Below, in pieces: positions 1-11,600 of a DNA stretch of 64,000 nt. Position numbers and translations under genes: made by a program. This stretch comes from Cenococcum geophilum. Lineage: Eukaryota. A model generated the notes under the pieces. It did not search any database and was not told the origin of the DNA. It saw nothing but the letters and a program-made list of their open reading frames with translations. Location of the stretch: NCBI GenBank assembly GCA_050273025.1, contig CP158635.1:19034001-19098000 (forward strand), written 5' to 3'. The number at the start of each line of letters is the position of its first letter. Positions within the stretch are counted from its first letter, which is position 1.

Positions 1-1125
1 CTATAAGAGAACACCGCGCGCCGCACTAGAACGCGAAGCGGCTGTTCTACTACTAGATATATACATTAATATAACTGCTATATAGAGAGTAGTTACAGTA
101 TAAGGCCACCTAGTAGAAGAAAAAATACGCCATACGCTAAAATGTATACGAGGAACGAGACTTATATAAGGAGTAAGGGCCCCTTAAAGGAGAGCCGCGC
201 CTAAGCATACTAGCTAGGAAGCTCTCTACCTACGAGCGGTAGAGAGAGAAAAGGAAATACGGGAACTACTAGCCTACTAGGCTGAGACCTAGCGCCATAC
301 CGGTAGAGCGCCATAACGGCGATAGAGGATAGGAGGCTACTAGCATAGATAGAGATCTACCACGCTAATCGTAAGATAGGCAGATCTTAAATAGAAACAA
401 TAATAGAAGGAGGTAGCGAAAACACAAGATATAGCCACATGGAATACCCCATAGTTAATATTAACTCTCCCCCTATATAAAGGACTAACAAAGGCAGAAT
501 CTACAGCCGCCTTCCTACTACAGATAGAGGTCCTAGGCCTAAATATATGGCTCATAAGCATCTATATTCTAAATACTATACCTTAATACACATGCGGATG
601 GCCCGCTTAGTTAGTACGCTATATACTGCTATTCTGCAGTTACCGCTTAGTAAGGGACTAGCTACTCGCTAGCGTAAGCATAAATAATATTACCTAGATA
701 CTCTTTATAAGTAGGGGCCTATATATAGCAGCAAAATAGCTTATAGGATAAGGAATCCTCTAGTAGTTCTAAACAGCACATAAGATCCAATAGGAGGATA
801 CTATAGGATATACCCCTTTCCAGCCCCTTAAGGACTGGTTACCCCCCGCCTAGCCACAGGCGGCACACTAGCAAATCGCCAGACCCTCCCTCTACTCCCT
901 CCCCCTAGATCTTCTAACATACCTAGGAAGTATGGTACGTAAGGCAGACTAAAAGACACAAGGATATACTAGCTAGGCGAAGGCGGAGCGCGTAAGACTA
1001 GCTAAGAGGAAATACCTAGGTTTTTTCCCCCTATGGGGACTTTTTTCCTATATAGATAGGTAGTAGCCTACATAGACCTAAAAAGGGACCGAATTGGGCA
1101 ATAAATAGAACAAATAATAATAATA
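1..1125 (+). mobile_element. 3' end of a RIP-mutated non-LTR retrotransposon (Tad1-like LINE)
   Basis: ~474-640 reads LYKGLTKAESTAAFLL..EVLGLN.WL then (C)TCGWPA(Q).VR(H)ILLFC, the C-terminal CCHC knuckle of fungal LINE ORF2 once RIP changes are reversed. Ends in aataaatagaacaaataataataat. Confidence 0.75.
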
Positions 1126-2084
1126 TTTAAAAAATATAATGCTTTGTAATTAAGGCTATATTATTAAAATATATATACTTTATAATCTAGTCCTAATATT
1201 TCAATTTTATAGAAGAAAAGTATACTAGATTTAAGGGTTATTATATTAAATAAAGTAGTAGAAAAATAAGTTATATATTATATTATTTATATTTTAATAC
1301 CAACTTAATTATATAGTGGCTTATATAACTATTAAAGATTAACAATTAAGCTTTATTACTAAACAATTTAGCTCTAGACAAGAATATAGTAATAAATTAC
1401 TTAAATATAATATAATAAAGTATTTTGCTCTAGCAGAACTACACTAAGTAAAGGTGCTTTTATTTAAAGACTGTAAGGAATTTAACCAATTAATTTAGAG
1501 TAAATATTATCTCTATAACAAATGCCTATTTATAATTATTTAGTAATAATATAAAAGTTTTCATTTTAAAGCCATTTAATATAGTGACTAAGTTTATATA
1601 TACGCTTAATATAACTCTAAATTAATTTATATTCTAGGTATATTTTAATTATATATTAACTTCCCTTTATGCTTTTTTATAAAGGTTATAGGATTTTAAT
1701 ATTTACTTTAGTTATACCCTATTAATTTATATACTTTCTATTACGTAAATAAAAATTTTATACAAAAATTTTATTTAAAATAGCTAATTACCTATATTTT
1801 GCTAAGGGGCTTAGCATTACTATTTTAATTAAAGATTTAGATTACAATTTTTTTTATAATTAGATATATAAGGGCATAAATCATTATAGGTCCTATTTAA
1901 GTGCCTAATTAGTAAGCAAGGCCCCCTATTTAGGAGTTAATTGCTATTTATACTAGTGTATAAATTATTATAGTAGTTTACCATTTAATTGATCGCTTAA
2001 AATTAACAAAGGGACACTATGTATAAGTATAGCTTCTCACGCAAACCTATAAGCACTGGATTTTAAATCTGTAATAGCTATTTA

Positions 2085-3102
2085 GTAGTAGTTCTTTAAT
2101 TAACGTCTAATACGGATCCTATCTAGGCCCACGCAGACTACTCCGTCATAGGGGGAAAACTTATAATTTATAGGAAGAAAACCCTGTAGTTGGGTTAGGG
2201 GAGGAAAAACCCTATAAGCCACCTTAGTAGGATAAAAAACCCTAATTTGCCATGTCCGTCCATAGCGGCGGCCCTACGGGCCTACGGCTATGTCCTGTCC
2301 TCCTTAGATGTTTAAACTCTTTAGGAACTACTGCTTTCTTCTCTAGCTTATCCTAGCTAGGGTTCACTACGTCCTAGCTAGGCCTTGCCGTTCGATTGCT
2401 GTATACTTATAGTTGTGTTCCGTATTTTAACCACCCCCTATATACTATCTCTTGTTAACTATTACTATATACGCTATGCCTCCCCCCCCCCTAAGGCCTA
2501 TTAAAGGCGTAAGGGGGATTTATCTATAAACCACTACTATACTAAAAGGCGAGCGGGATATATGTGCCTGAGTATCTTTTATACCTAGGCCCTAGTCACT
2601 AGGCCCTTACCAAGGGTTACTACTCCTTAAGAGGAGACAGGAAAACCGTACGGTGTTGTCTAGGCTGCTAGGTAGTATTTAATAGTTAATGGCGAGTGAC
2701 CGCATGCTCCGCGGGCGATCGCCCTGGGGGTTAGGAGGGGCCGTATATTTGCTCGTTACTCGTTTGTTCGCAATCGCTTGTTCGTTAATGTAAGAGGTCG
2801 TTGATGCTCTCTACTGGGGGTCAGGGGATGTTATCGAATGCCGCGCATCTATGTTGGATCGTATAGGTGCCTTAATAGGAGAATAGTGTTGCTGTTATCG
2901 TAAGGGGCACTCAGTGGTGGTTTTCGAGATCTCACTATCCCATGTAAAAACCTTTTACCACCGCCCATAATACCCATAACCACCACCACTAGGTCGTATC
3001 ACACGCTGTATGACGTCTCTGCGTTGGCTCTAAGTCTAAACTTCAAAGACTTAGGTTTGTAGCTATCACCACGTATAGGTGCAGAGTCCGTTTTCGACGG
3101 CC
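2085..3102 (-). mobile_element. Non-coding ~1.02-kb SINE-like retroposon, copy 1
   Basis: End-to-end reverse-complement homologue of 6883-7903. Flanked by TSD tgtaatagctattta (2070-2084) / tataatagctattta (3103-3117). Short TAC-repeat tail; no ORF. Confidence 0.88.
3017..3102 (-). ncRNA. Predicted HDV-like ribozyme at 5' end of retroposon copy 1 (P1 3' strand damaged by transitions)
   Basis: Minus strand: P1 GGCCGTC / GATAGCT (copy 2 has GACGGCT); P2 CTCTGC/GCAGAG; P3 ACC/GGT; L3 TATACGT; P4 CTAAGTCT/AGACTTAG; J4/2 CCAAC. Confidence 0.75.
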
Positions 3103-3797
3103 TATAATAGCTATTTATAAATTCTACTTAGTTTGGTCTATATTAATCAGCTAGTTATAGAGAAAATAGGTCGGTAAGCTAGAGAGTTAATTTTAGTAAG
3201 GCGACCGAGTTTCGGAGGTCCGAGTTTAACTATTTAAGGAGATATAGTCTATAACCCTTTTTTATAATTCCCTACGTTACTAATATATTACTTCTATATT
3301 TACCTTTAGGCTATTATATATAGTTAAGTAATTAATTAGGTAATTAAAGAGACTTATCTCTTAAGATTTAGTGTATTCCTATACTATATAATTGGCGTAG
3401 CTCTACTACCTAGTAAATAGGAAAGATACTTTATAATAGCATCTGTAGCTATTATACAATTATTAAAAACGTTTATAACGTTATTCTTTAATACCGTAGT
3501 ATCGTTTAGGTATAATTTAACCTATATACGTTAAATATTAACGTCTTAATTACCTTTCCCTGGCCGCGTAATTAGTTTTTATAAAAAAGTAATAGCTAGA
3601 TAGCTTATACGCATATTTCCTTTTTTTTAAAAAAAAATTGCGCTATTATAACGGAATTATATTAGTAAGATTGCAGCTATTTACTAAAAGGGTATTAGAT
3701 AGTAAAGTATAAAGACAACTTACTTATTAAGCTTAATCCTTTTTCTTAATACCTTACTTCCTATTATTAATCTTTACCTAATTTAGACATATCTCTA

Positions 3798-4760
3798 ATC
3801 TATACACACGCTCGCAGAGGTATATTCCAAATAATGTATTTATATTGTATTGGGGGGTGTAGGCCCAAGAAGAGGGTAATCTCGCCCAGCCTGCTGTATT
3901 GCATAGTAGGTTCCCTACTACTTAAGCAGTGGTAGATAATTACACACTTATTGCCCCCCTTAGGCCTACTGTAAGCCTAAAAGGCTGCAAAACTATCTAT
4001 AGGGTAGAGGGTGGGAAAGCGAAAAGCCGAAAGGCTAATTGTAATAGATATTAATGTTACTGTTTAAAGGAGGCGTAACTTCGCTTTAAATAGACATCTT
4101 TATCTATGCATACGCTCGCAGAGGTATATTCTAAATAATGTATTTATATTATATTGGGGGGTGTAGGCCCAAGGAGAGGGTAATCTCGCCTAGCCTGCTG
4201 TATTGCATAGTAGGTTCCCTACTGCTTAAGCAGTAGTAGATAATTACACACTTATTGCCCCAAATAACGCGTACCGTTAGAACCTAGCGGTATAAGGCCT
4301 GCGCCATAATAACTAATATGAATGTAGGAATATATGTCGTCTCTTTGCGCCCATAGGGTATTATTAATAGACCGTTTAAGTAACGTAGAATCTCTAGGTA
4401 GTATTGAAGGCTATTAACGACGACGACGTAGTAGGAAGGAGAAGGAGAGGAAGCTGGAAAGCGTTAATTTAAAACCTGTTAAAAACCCTGTGGGAAAAAT
4501 TGTTAGGAAAGACTACTTATTAACAGCTGTGGAAAGACGCGACGCGAAACTTCGCGATCCTCTAAGGGGTAAGACGTTTTATTGCGTCGACGACGTAGCG
4601 CCATACGGCATAGTATTATCGAGGCTATAAAACGAATGAATAACAAATTCTCTATTAAATAAGCCTTATTTTAAAGCGAAAAGCCAAAAGGCTGATTGTG
4701 ATAGATATTGATGTTGCTGTTTAGAGGAGGCGTAACTTCGCTTTGAATAGACATCTTTAT
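3798..4760 (-). mobile_element. Non-autonomous element with split direct repeats (Ngaro/PAT-like tyrosine-recombinase retroelement layout)
   Basis: Repeat Y (~160 bp) at 3798-3959 and 4102-4261; repeat X (~86 bp) at 4016-4101 and 4673-4758. The minus strand reads X-body-Y-X-spacer-Y. No ORF, no TSD. Confidence 0.55.
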
Positions 4761-6882
4761 ATATTATTAAGATTTTTTTTTCTATTATTAATTTAATATA
4801 CCTCTTTATTTTCTTACTAACTGCTCTTTTAAGCTAATTTCTTAGCGTATTTTAGCCCTACTGTAACGGCTTATATAAATGCCTCTAAACCAAAGCTAGT
4901 AAAATGCTATCTTATAAAGGTACTAAGCTAAGGAGAAGGAAAGGGGGTCGTTAGGGCTGGTGTAAATAAACAAGCAGCACAAGCCGCCAAGGCGCTAGCA
5001 GTAGGCGAGCTAATAGTAGAAAATAGTACTAGATAGTATGCGATAATATAAGATAGTATAATAGGTGGCAGAATATAGCAGAACTTGAGCAGAATTTGGC
5101 AGATAACGCGCTCTAGCGCCGTTATATTACCCCCCCCCTTTCTAAAAAAGCCTGCCTTTAGGCGTTATTTAAGCTCCCTATTATTCTTTAAATTGTTATA
5201 GTTATCTAACCCTTCTTTCTAGCACTTAATCTAGTTATTTAATTTATATGGTGGTTTAGGGAGGTTAGGGTAGGCTATATAAAAGTCCTGTAGCTTATAG
5301 GGAGAGTACTTAAAATTAGATATGGGGTACCATTCTAAGTCTTTATTGTGGCCTACCTAGCTTATATAATATTTTAAGACATTATGGTCCTTTTTAACTA
5401 CTAGGACTTCTTTAACTTCCTATTTCTTATTCTCTATAATCTAGATTAGCGGTAGGGGGTTATTATACTACCTAGGTAGTAGATTATTTATAGCCTTTTA
5501 TAGTTAGTCCGGGGAGAAAACGGGGTAAATCCTTATTAACTTTAGTAGCTTAACCTTAAAAGAGTATTTTACCCTTTAAAGAATCTTATATAGGCTAGCT
5601 ATTTAGTAGTTTAGCTTATAGCTTAGCCTCTAGGTTTTCTAGTTCTTTATTAACACCTATACTTTATCTCCTACTTAAAAGTCTACCTTATAATAATATC
5701 GGTTTATATTAGACTCCTTTTTCTTTTACGCCTTTTTTATAATTGCTTAAGCAGTCTCCTAGGCTCCGTATATTCTCTTAGCAAATACCTAGGCCTCTTT
5801 ATAGCTAAGGCGTTCGCGGGCTGTAGTGGGTTTAGTAGGCCTATCCTAATTAAAGGACGTTTATAGTGCATACCTATAGAGCAGTTTAAATGGCGATATT
5901 CTTATACTATTATAGAGGAGTATAAGCTGCGCGTAGTCTATTATAGGTAGTAGTTCCAACTAGTTATCCTAATAGTAGTCTATAAAGGGACGTGGTTGCT
6001 AGTTAAGGTACTAGTTTATAATCTTGGTTTAGCTATTGGTTTAAGGATAGAATATAGTAAAAAGCTTAATCTTAATCCTAAGGATACGGTAGAATTTGTT
6101 TTAGAAATCTAATATAAACTAGGGACTATAGAATTAATAGATGTTATTAATATAGAGGTAGGCTATATCCTTCGCCATTATAGTCTTAAAATAAGGGAGG
6201 GAGATAAATTACTTATATAGTCAGTTAATTACAATAAAGGCCGCATTATGGCCGTAGGCGTCCTTTAGAAACGACTTAAAGTCCATTATAATATATTGCT
6301 AAGGGCGTTTTAGAACTAGCAGCGGTTATAACTACCTAGGAGTTTAATCCCTAGGGGCATCTACGCGTCTATAGGCGTGGCAGTTTCTAATAAAATCGAT
6401 CTATATCTAATAAAAGTCCTCGCTAATAGTAATGGGGTATTAGTAGTTAGTAGGTCTTATCTTAACTAGGGTATACTATAGAGACTTAATAGTGGGCTTT
6501 ACGGATTAGCTCTATTTATAAGTTGTTAACATCTAGAACTATAAGCTATTCTTAGTATAAAAGTAGTCCTTCTATTTCTAAATTGGGGTTACCTTTTATA
6601 GCTTAGTCGCGGAGGGCCTTTAGAGAGTTGGCTATGCGGTTTATAGTTAGGATATAATTAATTAGCCCTATTAGTTTATTTAAGACTTCTTCTATAGATG
6701 CCAAATTATTCTATTTAGAGTCTAGCTCCTTAAGAATCTGCGAGTTAAGCTATTTAGGGTAAAAGAGGGCGCGCGTCCGGTATTAGGCTTTTAGCTTACC
6801 CTAAGGTCCTATATCTTATTCCCTTTAGGTTAATATATTAGCCTTAAAGTTTTACTTACTAGAATAATATATAATTATAAAA

Positions 6883-6967
6883 GGCCGTCGAAATCGGACT
6901 CTGCACCTATACGTGGTGACGGCTACGAACCTGGTCTTTGAAGTTCAGATCTAAAGCCAATGTAGAG
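6883..6967 (+). ncRNA. Predicted HDV-like ribozyme at 5' end of retroposon copy 2
   Basis: P1 GGCCGTC (6883-6889) / GACGGCT (6918-6924) with G1.U wobble; P2 CTCTGC (6899-6904) / GTAGAG (6962-6967); P3 ACC/GGT; 7-nt L3 TATACGT; P4 hairpin; J4/2 CCAAT. Confidence 0.8.
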
Positions 6968-7903
6968 ACGTCGCATAGCGTGCGGACAGGACCTAGTGGT
7001 GGTTATGGGCGTTAAGGGCGGTGGTGAAAATTTTTTGGATGGTGAGATCTTGAAAACCACTACTGTTAGCCCTCTATAATACGACGACTACTACACTATT
7101 CTATCTAGGGCACCTGTACGATCTAATATGGATGAGCGGTTTTCGATAACATCCCCAAAAAACCCCAATAGAAAGCATTGATGACCTTATATCAATGAAT
7201 AGACAAGCGCGAACGAACGAACGAACGAGTAAATATACGGCCCCTCCTAACCCCTAGGGCAATCGCCCGCGGAGCATGCGGTCACTTACTGTACTACCGT
7301 AATACTACTAAAAGGCAGCTGGATAACCCCGTACGGTTTTCCTTGTCTCCTCTTGACGGAGTGGTGCCCTTAGAGAGGGCCTAGTGACTAGGGCCTAGGC
7401 ATAAAAGATACCCAGATATATATACACACACATCCCGCTTTCGTCTTTCGGTATTAGGATGGTAGAACGGATGAATCCCCCTTACGCCTTCGATAGGCCT
7501 TAGGGGGGGGGAAGGCAAGGCGTATTAGCAATGGTTAATAAGAGATAGTATATAGGGGGTGGTTAAGATATGGGACATAACTACAAGCGTACGGCAATTA
7601 ATTAGCAAGGCCTAGCTAGGACGTAGTGAACCCTAGCTTTAGATAAGCTAGAGAAGGAAGCAGTGGTTCCCAAGGAGTTCAAAACATCTAAGGAGGAGGA
7701 CGTAGCTGTAGGCCTGCAGGGCCGCACTACGTGCAAATATGGCAATTTGGGGTTTTTCATCCGACTGAGGTGGCTTATAGGGTTTTTCCTTCCCCTAACT
7801 ACAGGGTTTTCTTCATGTAAACTATAAGTTTTCCCCCTATGACGGAGTAGTCTGCGTAGGCCTAGATAGGATCCGTATCAGACGTTAATTAAAGAGTTAC
7901 TAC
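6883..7903 (+). mobile_element. Non-coding ~1.02-kb SINE-like retroposon, copy 2, inserted in pol of element A
   Basis: TSD tatataattataaaa (6868-6882, 7904-7918). Removing it rejoins element A's RNase H-end reading frame. Ends ...atcagacgttaattaaagagttactac. Confidence 0.9.
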
Positions 7904-8674
7904 TATATAATTATAAAAAAGAATTAGGAGAGTATTTTAGCCTAGTAAGCTTATTATTTAGTAAGCTGCTTTATAGTTATAAAGTACTTTAGGGCTTTAT
8001 AATCTATATATACCTTAATCCGAAAGTTTGTACCTTTAAGCTCTATATACTATTAAAATAGCGATTAAATAATAGCTAGTATTTCTTTATTATATACCTT
8101 ATAGTTACACTTAGCTAGATCTATTATTTAAAAAAAAAAGGCAATAGGGTACTATTCGCCGTCTAGATATAACTATAATAGAATTCCCGATATAACTCTA
8201 TTAAAAGCGTCCGTTTTTAGCATTAACTTAAGGTCTAAGTTATAGTAATAAAGAATTAGAGAGAAGATAAGCCGATCTTATAACTCTTTAAAGGCTTCTA
8301 TATAGTTATTATTAAAGATAAAAGGCGTATCTTTCCGGGTAAGTTATATAAGAGGCCTTACTATAACTTTATAGTTATGGATAAACTAGTAATAGAAATT
8401 ATAAAACCTAAGAAAGGATTAAATCCCTTTTACTATATAAGGGAGCTTCTAGTTATAGATTACCTTTACCTTCTTAGGGTTAACTTTAATTCCTTCTATA
8501 GTTATAATAAACTTAAGGTACTTTATACGTTTTACCCTAAACTTATATTTCTTAATATTAACTTATAAGCCTATATTCTATAGTCTCTCTAGGACCTTCT
8601 TAATATAAACTTAATATTTAAGTTTATTATCTAAGTATATAAGAATGTTATCTAAGTATACTATACAGAATTTA

Positions 8675-11600
8675 TGTTACGAACGCTTTAAGTACAATGT
8701 TACGACTACTTGGAGAAGAGACGGAAGAAGCTAGTTGGTTAATTTAGGCACGGTCTAGAATGGAGCCGATAGAACTATGTGACGAGAAATGGTAACTAAG
8801 GTTATATAATATGCTACGTATTAAACAAGAGGCATAGGAGGAACTTACGTACCTTACGTATAAGACGTATATTACGTATAAGAAGGATTTTATAGGAGTA
8901 CGGTTGTGTATTTAAGGACCCTTAGTCCCTACCTAGATAGTTCCTTTTTTATAGTGATTCTTAGAATACAATTAGAGTTAATCTATTAGGCAACCACTTC
9001 ACCAGTTATTATTACGTTATTAACTTTTATACTTACATTTCCTACACGCCTAGCCTATTAATGAGCCTATTGTAGTTCCTACTATAAGGTTCTGTTACAC
9101 AATTACTACCTAATTATAGTATTAATATAAGAAGTCGAACAATATACCACTAAAAGTAGCCACCACAACGCTATTAACGGCGGCAACTATATTAAGGTTA
9201 GGTAACAACACTAGTATAGCAGACACTAACTTATAGCAATCTATAACGGTCGGATAACTATAAGAGATAGTTAACTAGCTAATAGAAAATAATACAACGT
9301 TGGAAAATAGGATTAATGGAATAGGCGCCGCAAAGGTTAAGTTACTATTAATTAAAAGATTCTCAGGAGAGAAATTAAAGCTTAAAGGATTCCTTATATA
9401 AATACACTTTAAGGTTACATAAGAGGGAGCAAAGCTAGTAACACCTATGGATTAAATAGCGTATACAGGATTGTTCTTAATAGGAAGAGCACTTAAATAG
9501 TTTAAGCCTTACCTTATAATAATCTAGGTAAATGGAATAACAACAACAAACTAAAAGGTATAGTTTATGTTCTTAAGCTAGAACGGATTTATAGAGTGAC
9601 TTATACAAATATTTAGAGACCTGGAGGCAGTAACCACGGCGGAAAGAAAACTCTAAGATATTACGTAATAAACCTTAGCAATTAAGTATATAATATAGTT
9701 CCAGACGTTAGTAATATAAGTAGAGTAGAATAATAGGGCGCTTATAGCATAGTATAAACAGGGACTTAAGGCTAAAGTTTAAGATGTAATTATCCTAATA
9801 GAAGATATAGACACCCTAAGGGAACTAATAGATTAAGCAATTAAAATTAACAATTAGATCTACTAAAGGGAATAGACTAAGAGAGGCTAAAATAGAGTTC
9901 TATAGTTATATAAGGCGTAGAGTACGCAATAACTAAAGCTAAGTTAAAAACTATAGTATGGCGCAAAGCTAATAAACCTAAGTAGTACTAAAGAAGCCTA
10001 TAAGAGATAGAGTAAACGACTATAGAAACCCAGAGGATAAGGATTAAGTAATTAAAGGTCCAAGGAGCAGAGGCTAAATTAAGGATCTTAATAGCAGAAG
10101 ATATTCAGGCGGACTCTACAGTAAGAAAAATGGTTTAAAGAGGGAGCTTATATAAATTGCGGAAAATAAGGTTATTATATTAGGGACTATAGAAGTGGGT
10201 AGAGTTACTATATAGTAAAAGGGACAAGACCAGTAGACGATATACACGTATAGAGGGATAATAATATACTGCAAGGAACAAAAGAATATTTAATTAAAAG
10301 TTTTGCGTTTTGTTATAATAACGCATACCAAATTTATAAGGACGCTAAGTACGGCGTAAGCTATTAGCTATAGAAGCTAAGTTTATTAAAATATTAAGGA
10401 ACTAATAAACTAGTTTATAGATTGAATATTAAGGACGATAAATTTAATATAGGCGAAACATTTCGTAATAATAAGGTAATAAAGGCGGTTTACTAAGAAT
10501 ACATAGCTATTAGAGATATTATATAAGAGGTAAAGAATAATTCCACTATAGAATAGGGAATATTAGTAGGGATTAAAACCCCACTAGATATAATATCTAT
10601 CGCTTTATAAAACGCAAGAGAAGTAGGATAGTAAGCCACTTTGGCACTTAATAAAGGCAAAAGGCCAAAAGCTTAAGACTCTTAAGACGAGATATGAGAC
10701 GACTAAGATTTTTAAGATAAGATGAGGCAAGCTTAAGGACCTACGACGGACAATAACCAATGGAGCAGAGTAACGGCTTAGTTTAGTAATATACGAATAA
10801 GCTTAGGACGAAGTTTCCTAAAAGCATAAGACTCTCGAGATAAGATAAATGAGATTCAAGACTCTTAAAACAAGATAAGAACACTAAGTAAGCCTAATTA
10901 GACTAAGGCTAGAGCAAAGCTTAAGATAGAAGCAAGCTTAGGATTAAGAATCTAAAGGGGTTAAGAATTCGGGGTACGAATAAGGACGCCTATAAAAAAG
11001 AGGCAAGAAGCTCCCTTATAGATTAGAGAATCTGCAGCATAAACAGTAACTAGACTGGGAGATAAATATATAGACTTAGAAGACTTACTAAAGGAATATA
11101 GTGTTTGGCCTAAAGATCGGAAGGATAATACCAAGATTAGGAAGTAAGAAGACTTTAAGGATTAGTCTATAAGACGCAAACTAAAAGAAACCATAGAAGA
11201 GTTTAGATAAAGAATTATCACATAGCAAGAATAGAAACTAGATAAGAGATCTAGCATATTAGGACGTATAAGGGACAGAGCGCTAGTATAAAGAATTACT
11301 AATAGGCTAAGAGCAGGCATACTAAGAGCTAAGTAGCTTACTAAACTAGAAGATAAAAAGGATCTAGGGATCCCTATTAGGTTTAAAGAACGATATATAA
11401 AGGGCTGTTATAACGTAGTAATAAGAAGATACTTCCTTACGGACAAGCCGTATATACTCTAGCAGGTATATTAAAAGTGGTATAGGCAACGACATAATAA
11501 TAAGTGGGAAGATTTCTATATATAGTTAGACGAAAAAGTTATCTAGGACTACCTAATTATAGAGAAGGCTATAACTTATATTAAAGGAGCCTTAATTATA

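Noticed and set aside
340..561. ORF-track ORFs in AT-rich zones (340-561, 8377-8568, 22215-22469, 22312-22515, 54658-54858)
   Set aside because: Chance or residual frames within RIP-mutated transposons; 22312-22515 is a pol remnant of element C.
1126..2069. Identity of the oldest AT-rich host sequence (also 3118-3797, 26525-27294)
   Set aside because: Too degraded to assign to a gene or TE family by eye; left uncalled.
4016..4101. Hammerhead ribozyme in repeat X (cgaaaagccgaaaggctga)
   Set aside because: No CUGANGA core on either strand and the GAAA/UH register does not fit; just hairpins.
6883..6970. tRNA- or 5S-derived Pol III SINE head
   Set aside because: No convincing A/B boxes or cloverleaf (agttcagatc is only a weak B-box match); the HDV-like fold explains the segment better.
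2085..7903. A single large DNA transposon with 1-kb terminal inverted repeats
   Set aside because: Each arm has its own TSD, and the right arm interrupts element A's pol, so these are two separate insertions.
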